Shown: positions 1 to 8,957, numbered from the stretch's first letter. The stretch: 64,000 nt of DNA from Minisyncoccota bacterium (GCA_035438625.1 DAORIS010000004.1:7497-71496), one strand, 5' to 3'. Notes: generated from the sequence alone by a model not told the origin. Translations and numbers: made by a program.

Positions 1-352
1 GCTCTTGAGCGCGCGTGACAGGATGCATGTATTTACCACGTTTTCTTGATTCCCAAATTTCCTAATAAGGGTCGACCTATTAGTACACCTCAGCTCAATA
101 CCTTACGGTACGTACACTTGGTGCCTATCAACCTGATAATCTCTCAGGGGTCTCAAACGATTCCTAATCTTGGAGCTGGCTTCCCTCTTAGATGCTTTCA
201 GAGGTTATCCATGCCCGACATAGCTACCCTGCGGTGCCCTTGGCAGGACAGCAGGTAGACCAGAGGTCAGTTCAACTCGGTCCTCTCGTACTAGAGTCAA
301 ATCTCCTCAAGAATCAACGCCCACAGTAGATAGGAGACCAACCTGTCTCACG

Positions 353-692
353 CATGTTACCACTTATTACTAAATGCATTGGACTGTATCTTCATCCGGT
401 ATTTCCCTTTTGCGGGGAACGTACTGGATGGCTAACGTAGCAGTCTCTACGGGTCCCAATATATTCTGACTTGCGTCAGATTGCAAAGGGTTCCCTCGGT
501 ATCATCCGATCCGTGCAAAGAATGCACGAGGAGTCCACCGAAATAAGTCAGCTGTGTCATCATGAATTACTTCATGCGACCGCCGTGATGTGATTGGATA
601 TTTTTTGTTACAGTGTGGTGAGGTACCACGTCCTCGGGGTTCAGACGGCACATGTTTCGAAACTACATATTGCTATGTAACTCAAAAACTGT
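353..692 (-). mobile_element. Group I intron at 23S position L2593, 340 nt, no homing endonuclease
   Basis: Splits CAGACCGT^CGTGAGACAGG. 5' exon ends in U and the intron ends in omega-G (353). P7 is GAGACUG/CAGUCC with J8/7 AAGAUA. IGS UCACG-GCGGUC at 578-588 forms P10 and P1. Confidence 0.93.
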
Positions 693-1026
693 ACGGTCTG
701 AACCCAGCTCGCGTATCTTTTTAATTGGCGAACAGCCAAACCCTTGGGAGCTTCTCCGCCCCCAGGATAAGATGAGCCGACATCGAGGTGCCGAACTCTG
801 CCGTCGATATGGACTCTTAGGCAGAACTAGCCTGTTATCCCTAGAGTAGCTTTTGTCCGATAATCTCCCACCGCATCTAATGCGAATGGTCGGTTCACTA
901 TGTTCTGCTTTCGCATCTGTTCGACATGCCCGTCTTACAGTTAAGCTGGCTTATACCATTGCGCTATCGGTACGGTTTCCATCCGCACCTAGCCAACCTT
1001 AATAAACTCCTCCGTTACCTTTTAGG

Positions 1027-1373
1027 CATTCTGTTCCTCAATGTTTTACGTTGAGTCCATGTAAAGTGATTTACATGTGCTTTATGTCGCCATAAAGTTC
1101 GGACTATATTTTCATCTGTCTTACGACAGAGATTAGCATTTAGTCTCTGAGGATCCTTACTCACCTTTCGGTAATTAAGTTTCCTGCTGATTGTCTGCAC
1201 CAAACAGATTTTTACTCTTTCAAGTACTGTTGGATTCACAGATATTCCAGCATATAGCTAATTTCCCATTCTCTCTTTCGAGGAATGCCCCCTTATTTGT
1301 TTTTTGCGGAGTGATTAATCTCCATGAGGCGCCATAGTTTGGATGTACCAACACCATATTGTTGATACACCCA
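1027..1373 (-). mobile_element. Group I intron at 23S position L2262, 347 nt, no homing endonuclease
   Basis: Splits GGGGCGCTATCCT^CCTAAAAGG. U precedes the 5' splice site and omega-G is at 1027. P element AUAUGCUGGAA, Q AAUCAGCAGG, R UCAGAGACUA (1141-1150), S AAAUAUAGUCC (1101-1111). Confidence 0.93.
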
Positions 1374-1702
1374 AGGATAGCGCCCCACTAAAACTGCCCA
1401 TCAAATACTGTCTCTCGTCGTTTTTTCCGTCGAGGTTAGAAGATACATAAATGCAGATGAGTATTTCACTGACGAGTCCACTTCAGCCGAAACCGAAATC
1501 TCAACCTCTCCTCACTATGCTACGCAGCATTCACGTATCCTCAATATTAAATTGCAGTAAAGCTTCTAGGGTCTTTTCGTCTAACTGCGGGTAACCGGCA
1601 TCTTCACCGGTATTGTATTTTCACCGAGCAAGTCTTCGAGACAGTTCTCCAGTCATTACACTATTCGTGCGCGTCAGAACTTACCTGACAAGGAATTTCG
1701 CT

Positions 1703-2023
1703 AGGGTATTCCTTAAACCCGAACTCTATCTTATTTTGCGTACATGCAAAACCTGACGTTTGGTTTCTGGGGATTCTCAACTTGCGCTGAGTCTTTCCTG
1801 CTGATCGTTCTTTCGAACTTCCCAGCATATAGTCAGTTACGGACATTTGTATTACTACAAACGGGCAGCGTTAATGGGACTGTCACCCACGGTACATATT
1901 CACTCTATAAAAAAGCGGTATGCACACAAAACTATTTAAACTTCTTTTAATTATTTCTCATCTGTTTACTTTCACTATAACAATCCTAATCCTTCTGGAT
2001 TCATGATTTCTCATAAACCCAGA
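1703..2023 (-). mobile_element. Non-canonical group I intron at 23S position L1931, 321 nt: omega-U and an A-U pair at the G-binding site
   Basis: Splits CCTAAGGT^AGCGAAATTCC. P3 CUGAC/GUCAG, P4 AUGCUGG/UCAGCA, P5, P6, P8, J8/7 AAGAUA and P9 are all present. IGS CGCU-GCC at 1864-1870. P7 is GAAACCA/GAGUUC. Confidence 0.88.
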
Positions 2024-2879
2024 ACCTTAGGATCGTTATAGTTACGACCGACATTCACCAGGGCTTATATCAGTCAGCAATTCGATCTTACGACCGTTTC
2101 ACCGCCGATATTTGACCTTCTGGCATTGGTCAAGTGTCACCCCCTATACTTCCTCTTACGAGTTCGCAGGGAGCTGTGTTTTTGGTAAACAGTTGCCAGA
2201 GAAACTTTAGCTGCGGCCCCCAGCATCTTGCGATGCAGGGGCAAGCCTTATTCCGAAGTTACGGCTGCTTTTTTGCCGAGTTCCTTGAAGACCTCTCACT
2301 CGTTCGCCTTGGTCTACTCGACCTGAACACCTGTGTCGGATTGCGGTACGGATGCGACATGGTTATGCTTAGAGATTTTTCTTGGGATCGTGCTTTATAT
2401 GATTTCTCCATGCGAACATGGAAATTTTCGACTGGCTTGGATTTCCCCGAAGGGCATACCCGGATTTACCTGGGTATGATCCTAACCATACGAGCGTCAC
2501 ATCCAATCGTGCGTCATATATACTACAATCCGTCCTCCCATCGCACCATGTAACAGTCACGGAATATTAACCGTGTGCCCATCGGATTCGGCTTTCGCCA
2601 TCTCCTTAGGACCGACTGACCCTTCGCTGATTGTCATTGCGAAGGAAACCTTGTTCTTTCGGCGTATCGGGTTCTCACCGATATTGTGGTTACTTGTGCC
2701 AACATTCTTACTTCGTAACGCTCCAGTATGGGTCACCCCTTTACCTTCATCGCTGATACGAATACTTTCCTACCGCTTATCTATGTCCGAAGACATAATA
2801 AGCCCGCAGTTTCGGTACTATGCTTAGCCCCGTGTATCTTCGGTGCATCGTCTCTTACTGAGTGAGCTGTTACGCTTTC

Positions 2880-2911
<32 letters not shown>

Positions 2912-3497
2912 TCAGTGTCTATGAAACGACACCTCCTTAAGTGCACTTAGCATAAATTTAGGGACCTTAAATTGCGATCCGGGCTGTTTCCCTTTTGACC
3001 GGTGGAGCTTAGCCCCCACGGTCTAACTGCCAAGTAATGAGTCTCAGGTATTCGGAGTTTGATAGGTCTCGCGAGATTTCTCCCTGTCGAGACCTTCCAG
3101 TGCTCTACCCCCTGAGGGTCAACTTGACGCTAGCCCAAAAGCTATTTCGGAAAGAACCAGCTATTACCAGACTCGGTTAGCTTTTCACTCCTTACCACGG
3201 GTCATCCCAATGCGTTGAACGACAAACGGGTTCGGGCCTCCCATCGCATTTCTGCGATGTTCACCCTGCCCATGGCAAGCTCGTCTGGTTTCGGGTCTGA
3301 TGCGTAGTACATGCGCACTATTCATACTCGGTTTCCCTGGGGCTCCAACCTCTCGGTCTTAGCCAGGCACCACGCATCAACTCGTTGGCTCATTCTTCAA
3401 TAGGCACGCCGTCGAGGATATGCTTTTAAGGGCATTCCTCTTCGACTCCTTGTAAACATATGGTTTCAGTACTATTTCACTGTCCTAACCGGACTAC

Positions 3498-3535
<38 letters not shown>

Positions 3536-4169
3536 TTCAGTTATATTTAGCCTTACCGGTTAGTTCCGGCAAATTCCCCCAAGCCACACGTGTCTCGAGG
3601 TACTCAAGGATAATGATTAAAGTCATATCAGTTTCGAATACGGGGCTATTACCCTCTTTGGCCGAGCTTTCCAGCTCGTTCTTCTACCAATATGATTTGT
3701 AACTTTAATGGACTTAGTCCCTACATTACCTTATAACCCTCGCCCGCACCTCCTCGTTTCGATTACTCAAAAAGAGAAGGTGAAAGCAAGTTTGGGCTCA
3801 TTCCTTTTCGCTCGCCGCTACTAAGGAAATAACTATTGTTTTCTATTCCTCCTGGTACTGAAATGTTTTACTTCCCAGGGTGCGCACGTACAGTAAACCT
3901 GCACGTCTCTGATATACAGAGGGGTTTCCCCATTCGGACATCTACGGATCAAAGGTTGCTAGGCACCTCCCCGTAGCGTATCGCCGCCATGCTGCGTCCT
4001 TCATCGCTAACTGAAGCCAAGGCATCCACCATATGCTCTTAATTTCCTTATTAGGAAATTTAAGAACCACAAACGTTAAAAATACTGCATCCTGTCACGC
4101 GCGTTCAATTTCTCTTTCGAGATTTTTCCTGTGCGCAACAAGAGCTTTTAGTTAAATTTCAAGATCTAG

Positions 4170-4188
4170 ATTCAATTGTCAACGATCA
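4170..4188 (-). promoter_or_regulatory. boxA-like antitermination element in the 23S leader
   Basis: Minus strand TGATCGTTGACAATTGAAT resembles rrn boxA (TGCTCTTTAACAAT) and lies between the promoter and the processing stem. Confidence 0.55.
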
Positions 4189-4210
4189 GTCTGTCTTCGA
4201 GTTTCTCAAC

Positions 4211-4234
4211 AAAAAACCGCTTCTTTCGAAGCGG
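4211..4234 (-). terminator. Intrinsic-terminator-like hairpin inside the 23S leader
   Basis: CCGCTTC-GAAA-GAAGCGG followed by TTTTTT on the minus strand. Confidence 0.55.
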
Positions 4235-4308
4235 CCCGTACCGAGCAAAGCTCAGTATTAGGTCCGCCTCGCGATGTGGTTTCTTGTATGCATTTTCAGG
4301 TAGGGATA

Positions 4309-4336
4309 AGTATATACAAACTCTTTTAGAAGTCAA
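4309..4336 (-). promoter_or_regulatory. sigma70-type promoter of the stand-alone 23S gene
   Basis: TTGACT-N16-TATACT on the minus strand, about 250 nt upstream of the mature 5' end. Confidence 0.7.
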
Positions 4337-4347
4337 GCTATACTTAT

Positions 4348-5673
4348 ATGATGAATAAACACGAGAAAACAGGCTCAGAACATAGTGATTCTGGCTCCCA
4401 CCTACCTGAGAAAAAGAAACGTACTAAAAGCCCATTTAATAGCAAAAGGGCAATCCTCAAAGCGACCACTGATGTATTCAATAGTTTTGACCCGATTGGT
4501 AGCGAAAGGACACCTGATCCAATAATTATTAATGCTAATATTGGTGACACCATTTCTCACGGAGAAATTATGCCTGATTTGGTACACATCCATGAAGATA
4601 CTTTTGAGGGTGAGGTAATTGAAAAGTCACCAATTAAACCTGAGGCAAAAGAAGGGGTGATAATTAAAGCAAAAGATGTAGTACCTGGATCTGTTACACC
4701 CTACTCAGCACCTGAGCCAAAGTTAGCTGAAAGCACTCAGCCAGAATCAGAGGAACGTTTCGTGATGACCGAGAAACAATACCACCCAGCGGAACCGGTT
4801 ATCTCAAGCACGATCCCGGACTATCCACTCCCAGAAAAAAAATCTGATGCTGTAAGACTAGAAGAACTTAAACAAATAGATCGAGAGATCACAAACACTC
4901 CAGGTCCCGATGAAGAGATCCTAAAGGCAGATCTTGAAGCGGCTAAGCCAGAAGAACTTGCAAGTAACGAGGCGTTAGGACTTTCAGCACGCAATAAAAC
5001 TCTTGAAAAGGAACTTCCTTCTCTACGGCCAACACCTACTCAAGAGGTATTGGAATCGGTCTCTAAAGTTACCAAAGAAGAACTACTTGAGGAGTACAAG
5101 AAAAAGAATATACCACCATCAGAAACTGAGATACGAGAGAAAGTAGCACTTGCTCGACGTTCAGCAAGATATGCTGCTGCAAATACATATTTCAACCGAT
5201 ATGACTGGCTTAAAAAATCTCTTGAAGACGCACTCAACAGCAAGGATATAAAAAAAGCTGAAGAATCATTGCGACTATTGCAAGAACAAGATCTCCGCAA
5301 GGAAGCTAAACGGTTGTATGACGAGGCAGACAGAATATACTGGACTGAAATTGATCCACGAAAAACTGAAGAGTCTGCCAGCGCACAACCATCGCCTGAG
5401 ACACTAACTATCCCTCCACGTCCATCCTTAAAATTAAAAGAGATTGCAGGACCTGATGCCTTTAGCTACAAGCTCCCCGAAGAGATTCCTCAGCAAGACG
5501 TGTTTAGTATGAACCCTCCACTTGTAGAAAAAGCTCGCACGCCAAGGAATCCGATTAATACTGCTCCGAAAGGAATCCCACCATCAGCTCCAGAATTTCA
5601 AAAACCAATTCCTCAACAACCTCAAAAAAGGAGCCTGCTTAACCGGTGGACGTTTGGTATTTTCGGAAAGTAA
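4348..5673 (+). CDS. Hypothetical Pro/Glu-rich, probably disordered protein
   Basis: 441-aa ORF with no recognisable domain and a hydrophobic/basic C-terminus (KRSLLNRWTFGIFGK). Confidence 0.7.
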   Translation: MMNKHEKTGSEHSDSGSHLPEKKKRTKSPFNSKRAILKATTDVFNSFDPIGSERTPDPIIINANIGDTISHGEIMPDLVHIHEDTFEGEVIEKSPIKPEAKEGVIIKAKDVVPGSVTPYSAPEPKLAESTQPESEERFVMTEKQYHPAEPVISSTIPDYPLPEKKSDAVRLEELKQIDREITNTPGPDEEILKADLEAAKPEELASNEALGLSARNKTLEKELPSLRPTPTQEVLESVSKVTKEELLEEYKKKNIPPSETEIREKVALARRSARYAAANTYFNRYDWLKKSLEDALNSKDIKKAEESLRLLQEQDLRKEAKRLYDEADRIYWTEIDPRKTEESASAQPSPETLTIPPRPSLKLKEIAGPDAFSYKLPEEIPQQDVFSMNPPLVEKARTPRNPINTAPKGIPPSAPEFQKPIPQQPQKRSLLNRWTFGIFGK

Positions 5674-5680
5674 AACCCAC

Positions 5681-6268
5681 TTACACATTAATCTTGTTGA
5701 TAAGTTTTTCGTGAGGAAAATCTAGAATATCCCTAATCAACTTATCGTACATCGAGAGGCGATATTTAAAGTCAGCAGTTTCAAATGCTGCATATGATAT
5801 TTCCTTTCCAACTTCTGACTCGAGAATCTTCATAGCGTTTTCAAGTGCGTTCTTTCTGATCCCGTCACCTACAACTAGTAGGTCTACTCTGCTGTCATTT
5901 TCTTGCTGAATAAATACACCAGTAAGAACAAGTAATTTTATTTTTCCAACTTTTTGAAAACGCTTTGCTACATCACCGTGCCTAACAAGTGCAGTATTGA
6001 TGAGTAGCTGCTTGAGTTCAGGGAGATATGTAAATTCCTCATTAAGAGACCACATTTGAACTTTGCGCTTTTTTCCTTTTGGAACAGTTCTAGATGAGAC
6101 GAGTGATGCAGCGTGTAACTCTCGTAATTGACGTTTGAGTTCTTTGCGAGAAACCTTTGATCGGGCCTCCAAAGCTTCTTCGTCAAAGACAATATGTGGG
6201 TGAAAGAGGAAAAGGCGCATGAGCTTCACCCGAGCAGCACCACCGAACAATTCAGACAAAATTTCCAT
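5681..6268 (-). CDS. Winged-helix plus degenerate nucleotidyltransferase-like protein
   Basis: Likely start MEILSELFGG at 6268. N-terminal HTH-like ARVKLMRLF...RQLREL and C-terminal LTGVF...SRVDLLVVGD. Confidence 0.7.
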   Translation of the reverse strand: MEILSELFGGAARVKLMRLFLFHPHIVFDEEALEARSKVSRKELKRQLRELHAASLVSSRTVPKGKKRKVQMWSLNEEFTYLPELKQLLINTALVRHGDVAKRFQKVGKIKLLVLTGVFIQQENDSRVDLLVVGDGIRKNALENAMKILESEVGKEISYAAFETADFKYRLSMYDKLIRDILDFPHEKLINKINV

Positions 6269-6341
6269 CGGCACATCATAACGCACAAAGCCGCCAAGAG
6301 CTATCTCTGTGGCGGCTTTGTGGTTTAAGAAAAGTGTGGCT

Positions 6342-6737
6342 TTATTTGAGTTCCACCTTTGCTCCTGCTTCTTCAAGCTTCTTCTTGAAGGCATCTGCGT
6401 CTTCCTTCTTCATCGCATCCTTAAGGAGTGATGGAGCGGCGTCAACGAGGTCCTTTGCTTCCTTGAGACCAAGGGCAAGAACTTCCTTAACTACCTTGAT
6501 GACTGCAATTTTCTGAGCACCTGAGTCAGCGAGGTGAACTGCAAATGCAGTCTTTTCCTCGGCAGCTGGGCCTGCTGCTGCAGGTCCTGCTACAGCGACA
6601 GCTGAAGCTGAAACTCCGAACTTAGTCTCAAAAAACTTTACGAGCTCATTTAAGTCCATGACTGACATTGATTCGATTGATTCAACGATTGACTTGAACT
6701 TGGAAGGAGTCTCGATGTTCTGTGTTGTATCTTCCAT
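6342..6737 (-). CDS. rplL: 50S ribosomal protein bL12 (L7/L12)
   Basis: [24 protein letters not shown]...[11 protein letters not shown]. Confidence 0.97.
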   Translation of the reverse strand: MEDTTQNIETPSKFKSIVESIESMSVMDLNELVKFFETKFGVSASAVAVAGPAAAGPAAEEKTAFAVHLADSGAQKIAVIKVVKEVLALGLKEAKDLVDAAPSLLKDAMKKEDADAFKKKLEEAGAKVELK

Positions 6738-6766
6738 ATGATTACTTAATTACTATTAGTGATTTC

Positions 6767-7258
6767 TTATGCAGTCTTCTTCTTTGAAATTTCGCTCAAA
6801 GCTATAACGAAGCGCTGTATAGGTGAGTTGATGACATTGACGAACATTCCACGAAGGACAGGCATTGGAGGAATTGTCGCTAGTGACGTAACTTCTTCTT
6901 TGCTCTTATATGTTCCATCAACGATACCTCCCAAGAGTGTGATGCGACCGTCGAATTTCCTTTGGAAATCATACGTCTCACGAGCAGGAGCGAGAATATC
7001 GTCTCCTGAAACGAGTGCGAGCTCCCCGACTAGGTCTGGAAGTTCACCACTTACGTTTCGCTCTCTGAGGATTTTCTTAACAATACTTTTCTTTGCAACG
7101 AGATATGAGACACCTTCAAGTCGCATGTGTTTTCGAAGTGTCGTAGTGTCAGCCACAGTCAAGCCGTGGAAGTTTGCAAACACTATTGATCCTTTAGAAT
7201 CCAATGCTGAATTGACGTCTTGCCATATCTGCTGCTTCTTTTCCTTTGAAACTGGCAT
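6767..7258 (-). CDS. rplJ: 50S ribosomal protein uL10
   Basis: FHGLTVADTTTLRK...VAKKSI motif, directly upstream of rplL. Confidence 0.95.
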   Translation of the reverse strand: MPVSKEKKQQIWQDVNSALDSKGSIVFANFHGLTVADTTTLRKHMRLEGVSYLVAKKSIVKKILRERNVSGELPDLVGELALVSGDDILAPARETYDFQRKFDGRITLLGGIVDGTYKSKEEVTSLATIPPMPVLRGMFVNVINSPIQRFVIALSEISKKKTA

Positions 7259-7317
7259 GTGTACATTCTGCGTTAGCAGCTTATAAATCGACCGATAAGG
7301 CGAGGGTCAAGTGAGTT

Positions 7318-7372
7318 CTGCCTCGAGAGGTCTTCTTGCTTTACAGCACGCCTCTTTTCTTTGGCCTTACAG
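7318..7372 (-). promoter_or_regulatory. L10 leader (ribosomal protein autoregulatory RNA)
   Basis: GGCCAAAGAAAAGAGG...TAAA...CCTCTCGAGGC upstream of rplJ matches the kink-turn architecture of the L10 leader. Confidence 0.6.
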
Positions 7373-7386
7373 AAAGTACTCTACAA

Positions 7387-7620
7387 CTATTTAGCAATAT
7401 TTTCAAGTTGTTTCAGTATTACCTCAAACCAGCCTGTCCGATTACCTGAAAACAAGGAGAGAATAGAGGTGAGCCCCAGTTTCTGCTCATTCTTGTTTAA
7501 GAATTCAGTAACATGTATAACTTTTTCAATTATTTTCTTGTCAGTCGAACTTCCATATTTTTTAATACTGCTGTCGATTATTTTCCCTGCTACACTTTTT
7601 AATTCCCTGTTAATTTTCAT
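7387..7620 (-). CDS. Small Lys/Ile-rich hypothetical protein or remnant of a toxin C-terminus
   Basis: ATG at 7620 (MKINRELKS...) overlaps the end of the SpvB-domain ORF. AT-rich. Confidence 0.35.
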   Translation of the reverse strand: MKINRELKSVAGKIIDSSIKKYGSSTDKKIIEKVIHVTEFLNKNEQKLGLTSILSLFSGNRTGWFEVILKQLENIAK

Positions 7621-8788
7621 ATTGAAAACCAATTGATGGCAAAGAAACAACATCACCCGTCTCATTTTTTCCAGATTCTGTAATAGTTGAAAGTAGAGAT
7701 CTATAATTATTATGTCCTGTGTCATATCCAATATCGTATCTTTTCACCCAGTCATTATTAACTTTTACATCTACCCTACTGATACGCTGGGTAGTAGTAG
7801 CAGAAAAACCAGTTTCATAAGAATTAATTACATCTGTTCTATTTTCTAATAAAAATTCAATTTTAAAAATCCCCTCATTGCTACTATTTCCACCATAAGT
7901 AACACGCTCAGGATAAATTTGCCCTTGATCCTTAAAATAGCTGTATCCAATATAATCCCCACGAGTATTTACGATTTTTTCTAAATACCAACTATAAATT
8001 CGATTTGCATCTGCAGGATCATCTTTTCTTGCTCCAGTTGAGCTTCCAAAAATTAATTTGGTACCATCTTTTTCAGTTATGATCCATGTGTTATTTTCAA
8101 ATTCATACTTACGGAAAGCACCGTTTTCTATCCTTGGGATATATACGTTTGAATTTTCACTTCTAACAAGCTCGCCATCTACAGATGAAATAAAAGTATC
8201 CTTCTGATATAGCGTATTAACCCCATACTTATTCAAACGTGAGATTGTAGGAATAGAGATATTCCATCCATAGCCAGCAATATTTGCATTTTTTGTTTCA
8301 TTACTATCATACCGAAACTCAATTGATGGAGAGAGACCATTTCTTCCTGATGGAATTACTAAAGAATAATTATATTGCAGAGAACCTGTTTGAGTATCTA
8401 CTATCGGTGCCGCACTTCGAACATTTTCGTTATTGATAAATAAAGTACCTGCTAAAGTGTCTGAAAATATTGATTCTGGTTCAGTATCATCATCTGGTAA
8501 CTCTTCCATGTCTTCTCGTCGCTCAATCGGCACCTCCTTCATTTCCACAATTGGTTGATTGCCATTTATTGCAGGTCTTGTAATTTCGTCTGGGTTAAAG
8601 AATGTTGGATTTTTAATATTATTTTCAGTTGTTTCGGTTATGTCAGTTTCAGAATTATCTAAATTTAATGGAGTTATTTCTTGCGCAAAGGTAGATAAAG
8701 AAACCGGCAATTGAATAGCTATTAAAATTATAACTCCGAACAATTTCTTAAAATTTAAATGCTTAGAAAAACTAGAAAAGAGATTCAA
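7610..8788 (-). pseudogene. Truncated SpvB/TcB-type (RHS/YD-repeat toxin-like) secreted protein; N-terminal part only
   Basis: Signal peptide, then VDTQTGSLQYNYSLVIPSGRNGLSPSIEFRYDS...AGYGWNISIPTISR...WYLEKIVNTRGDYI. The ORF stops where FG-GAP/YD repeats normally begin. Visibly AT-rich. Confidence 0.7.
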
Positions 8789-8880
8789 GTTAGTAGGAAT
8801 TATTAATAAAGAGGAAGACCAGAAAAAATATCTGCAGTAAGACTAGCACAAGACTTTAGCTATGCAATTTTTACTACCAA

Positions 8881-8913
8881 ACAAAAAACCACCCCTTTCG
8901 GAGTGGTTTTTTG
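8881..8913. terminator. Intrinsic terminator downstream of the S-layer-like gene
   Basis: ACAAAAAACCACC-CCTTTCG-GAGTGGTTTTTTGT hairpin with A/T tracts. Confidence 0.8.
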
Positions 8914-8957
8914 TTTCTTACTCAGCTACGAATAGCTAAGGTTTGAACAAATCTCAA

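Noticed and set aside
1704-2024. Alternative one-nucleotide-shifted boundaries for the third intron (the U occurs at both ends)
   Set aside because: The IGS CGCU-GCC gives a U.G pair at U1931 and P10 starting at A1932, supporting 1703-2023. The shifted register provides no omega-G either.
46-2827. Short ORFs within the rRNA region, including possible homing endonucleases in the introns (1015-1239, 1661-1846, 1744-1950)
   Set aside because: They overlap conserved rRNA or ribozyme core sequence and have no LAGLIDADG, GIY-YIG or HNH motifs; the introns are too short to encode one.
4176-4182. TTGACA inside the shared 19-mer as a sigma70 -35 box
   Set aside because: No convincing -10 hexamer lies 16-18 nt downstream at either copy, so the boxA-like reading is preferred, though unproven.
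6269-6394. N-terminal extension of the 5681-6394 ORF (similar extensions on 14463, 16942, 17947, 40493 and 42463)
   Set aside because: Extensions overlap neighbouring genes or promoter signals; downstream ATGs fit the recognisable domain starts better.
7621-7731. Programmed frameshift joining the SpvB ORF to 7387-7731
   Set aside because: The downstream frame does not resemble the expected FG-GAP/YD continuation and ends after a short distance.
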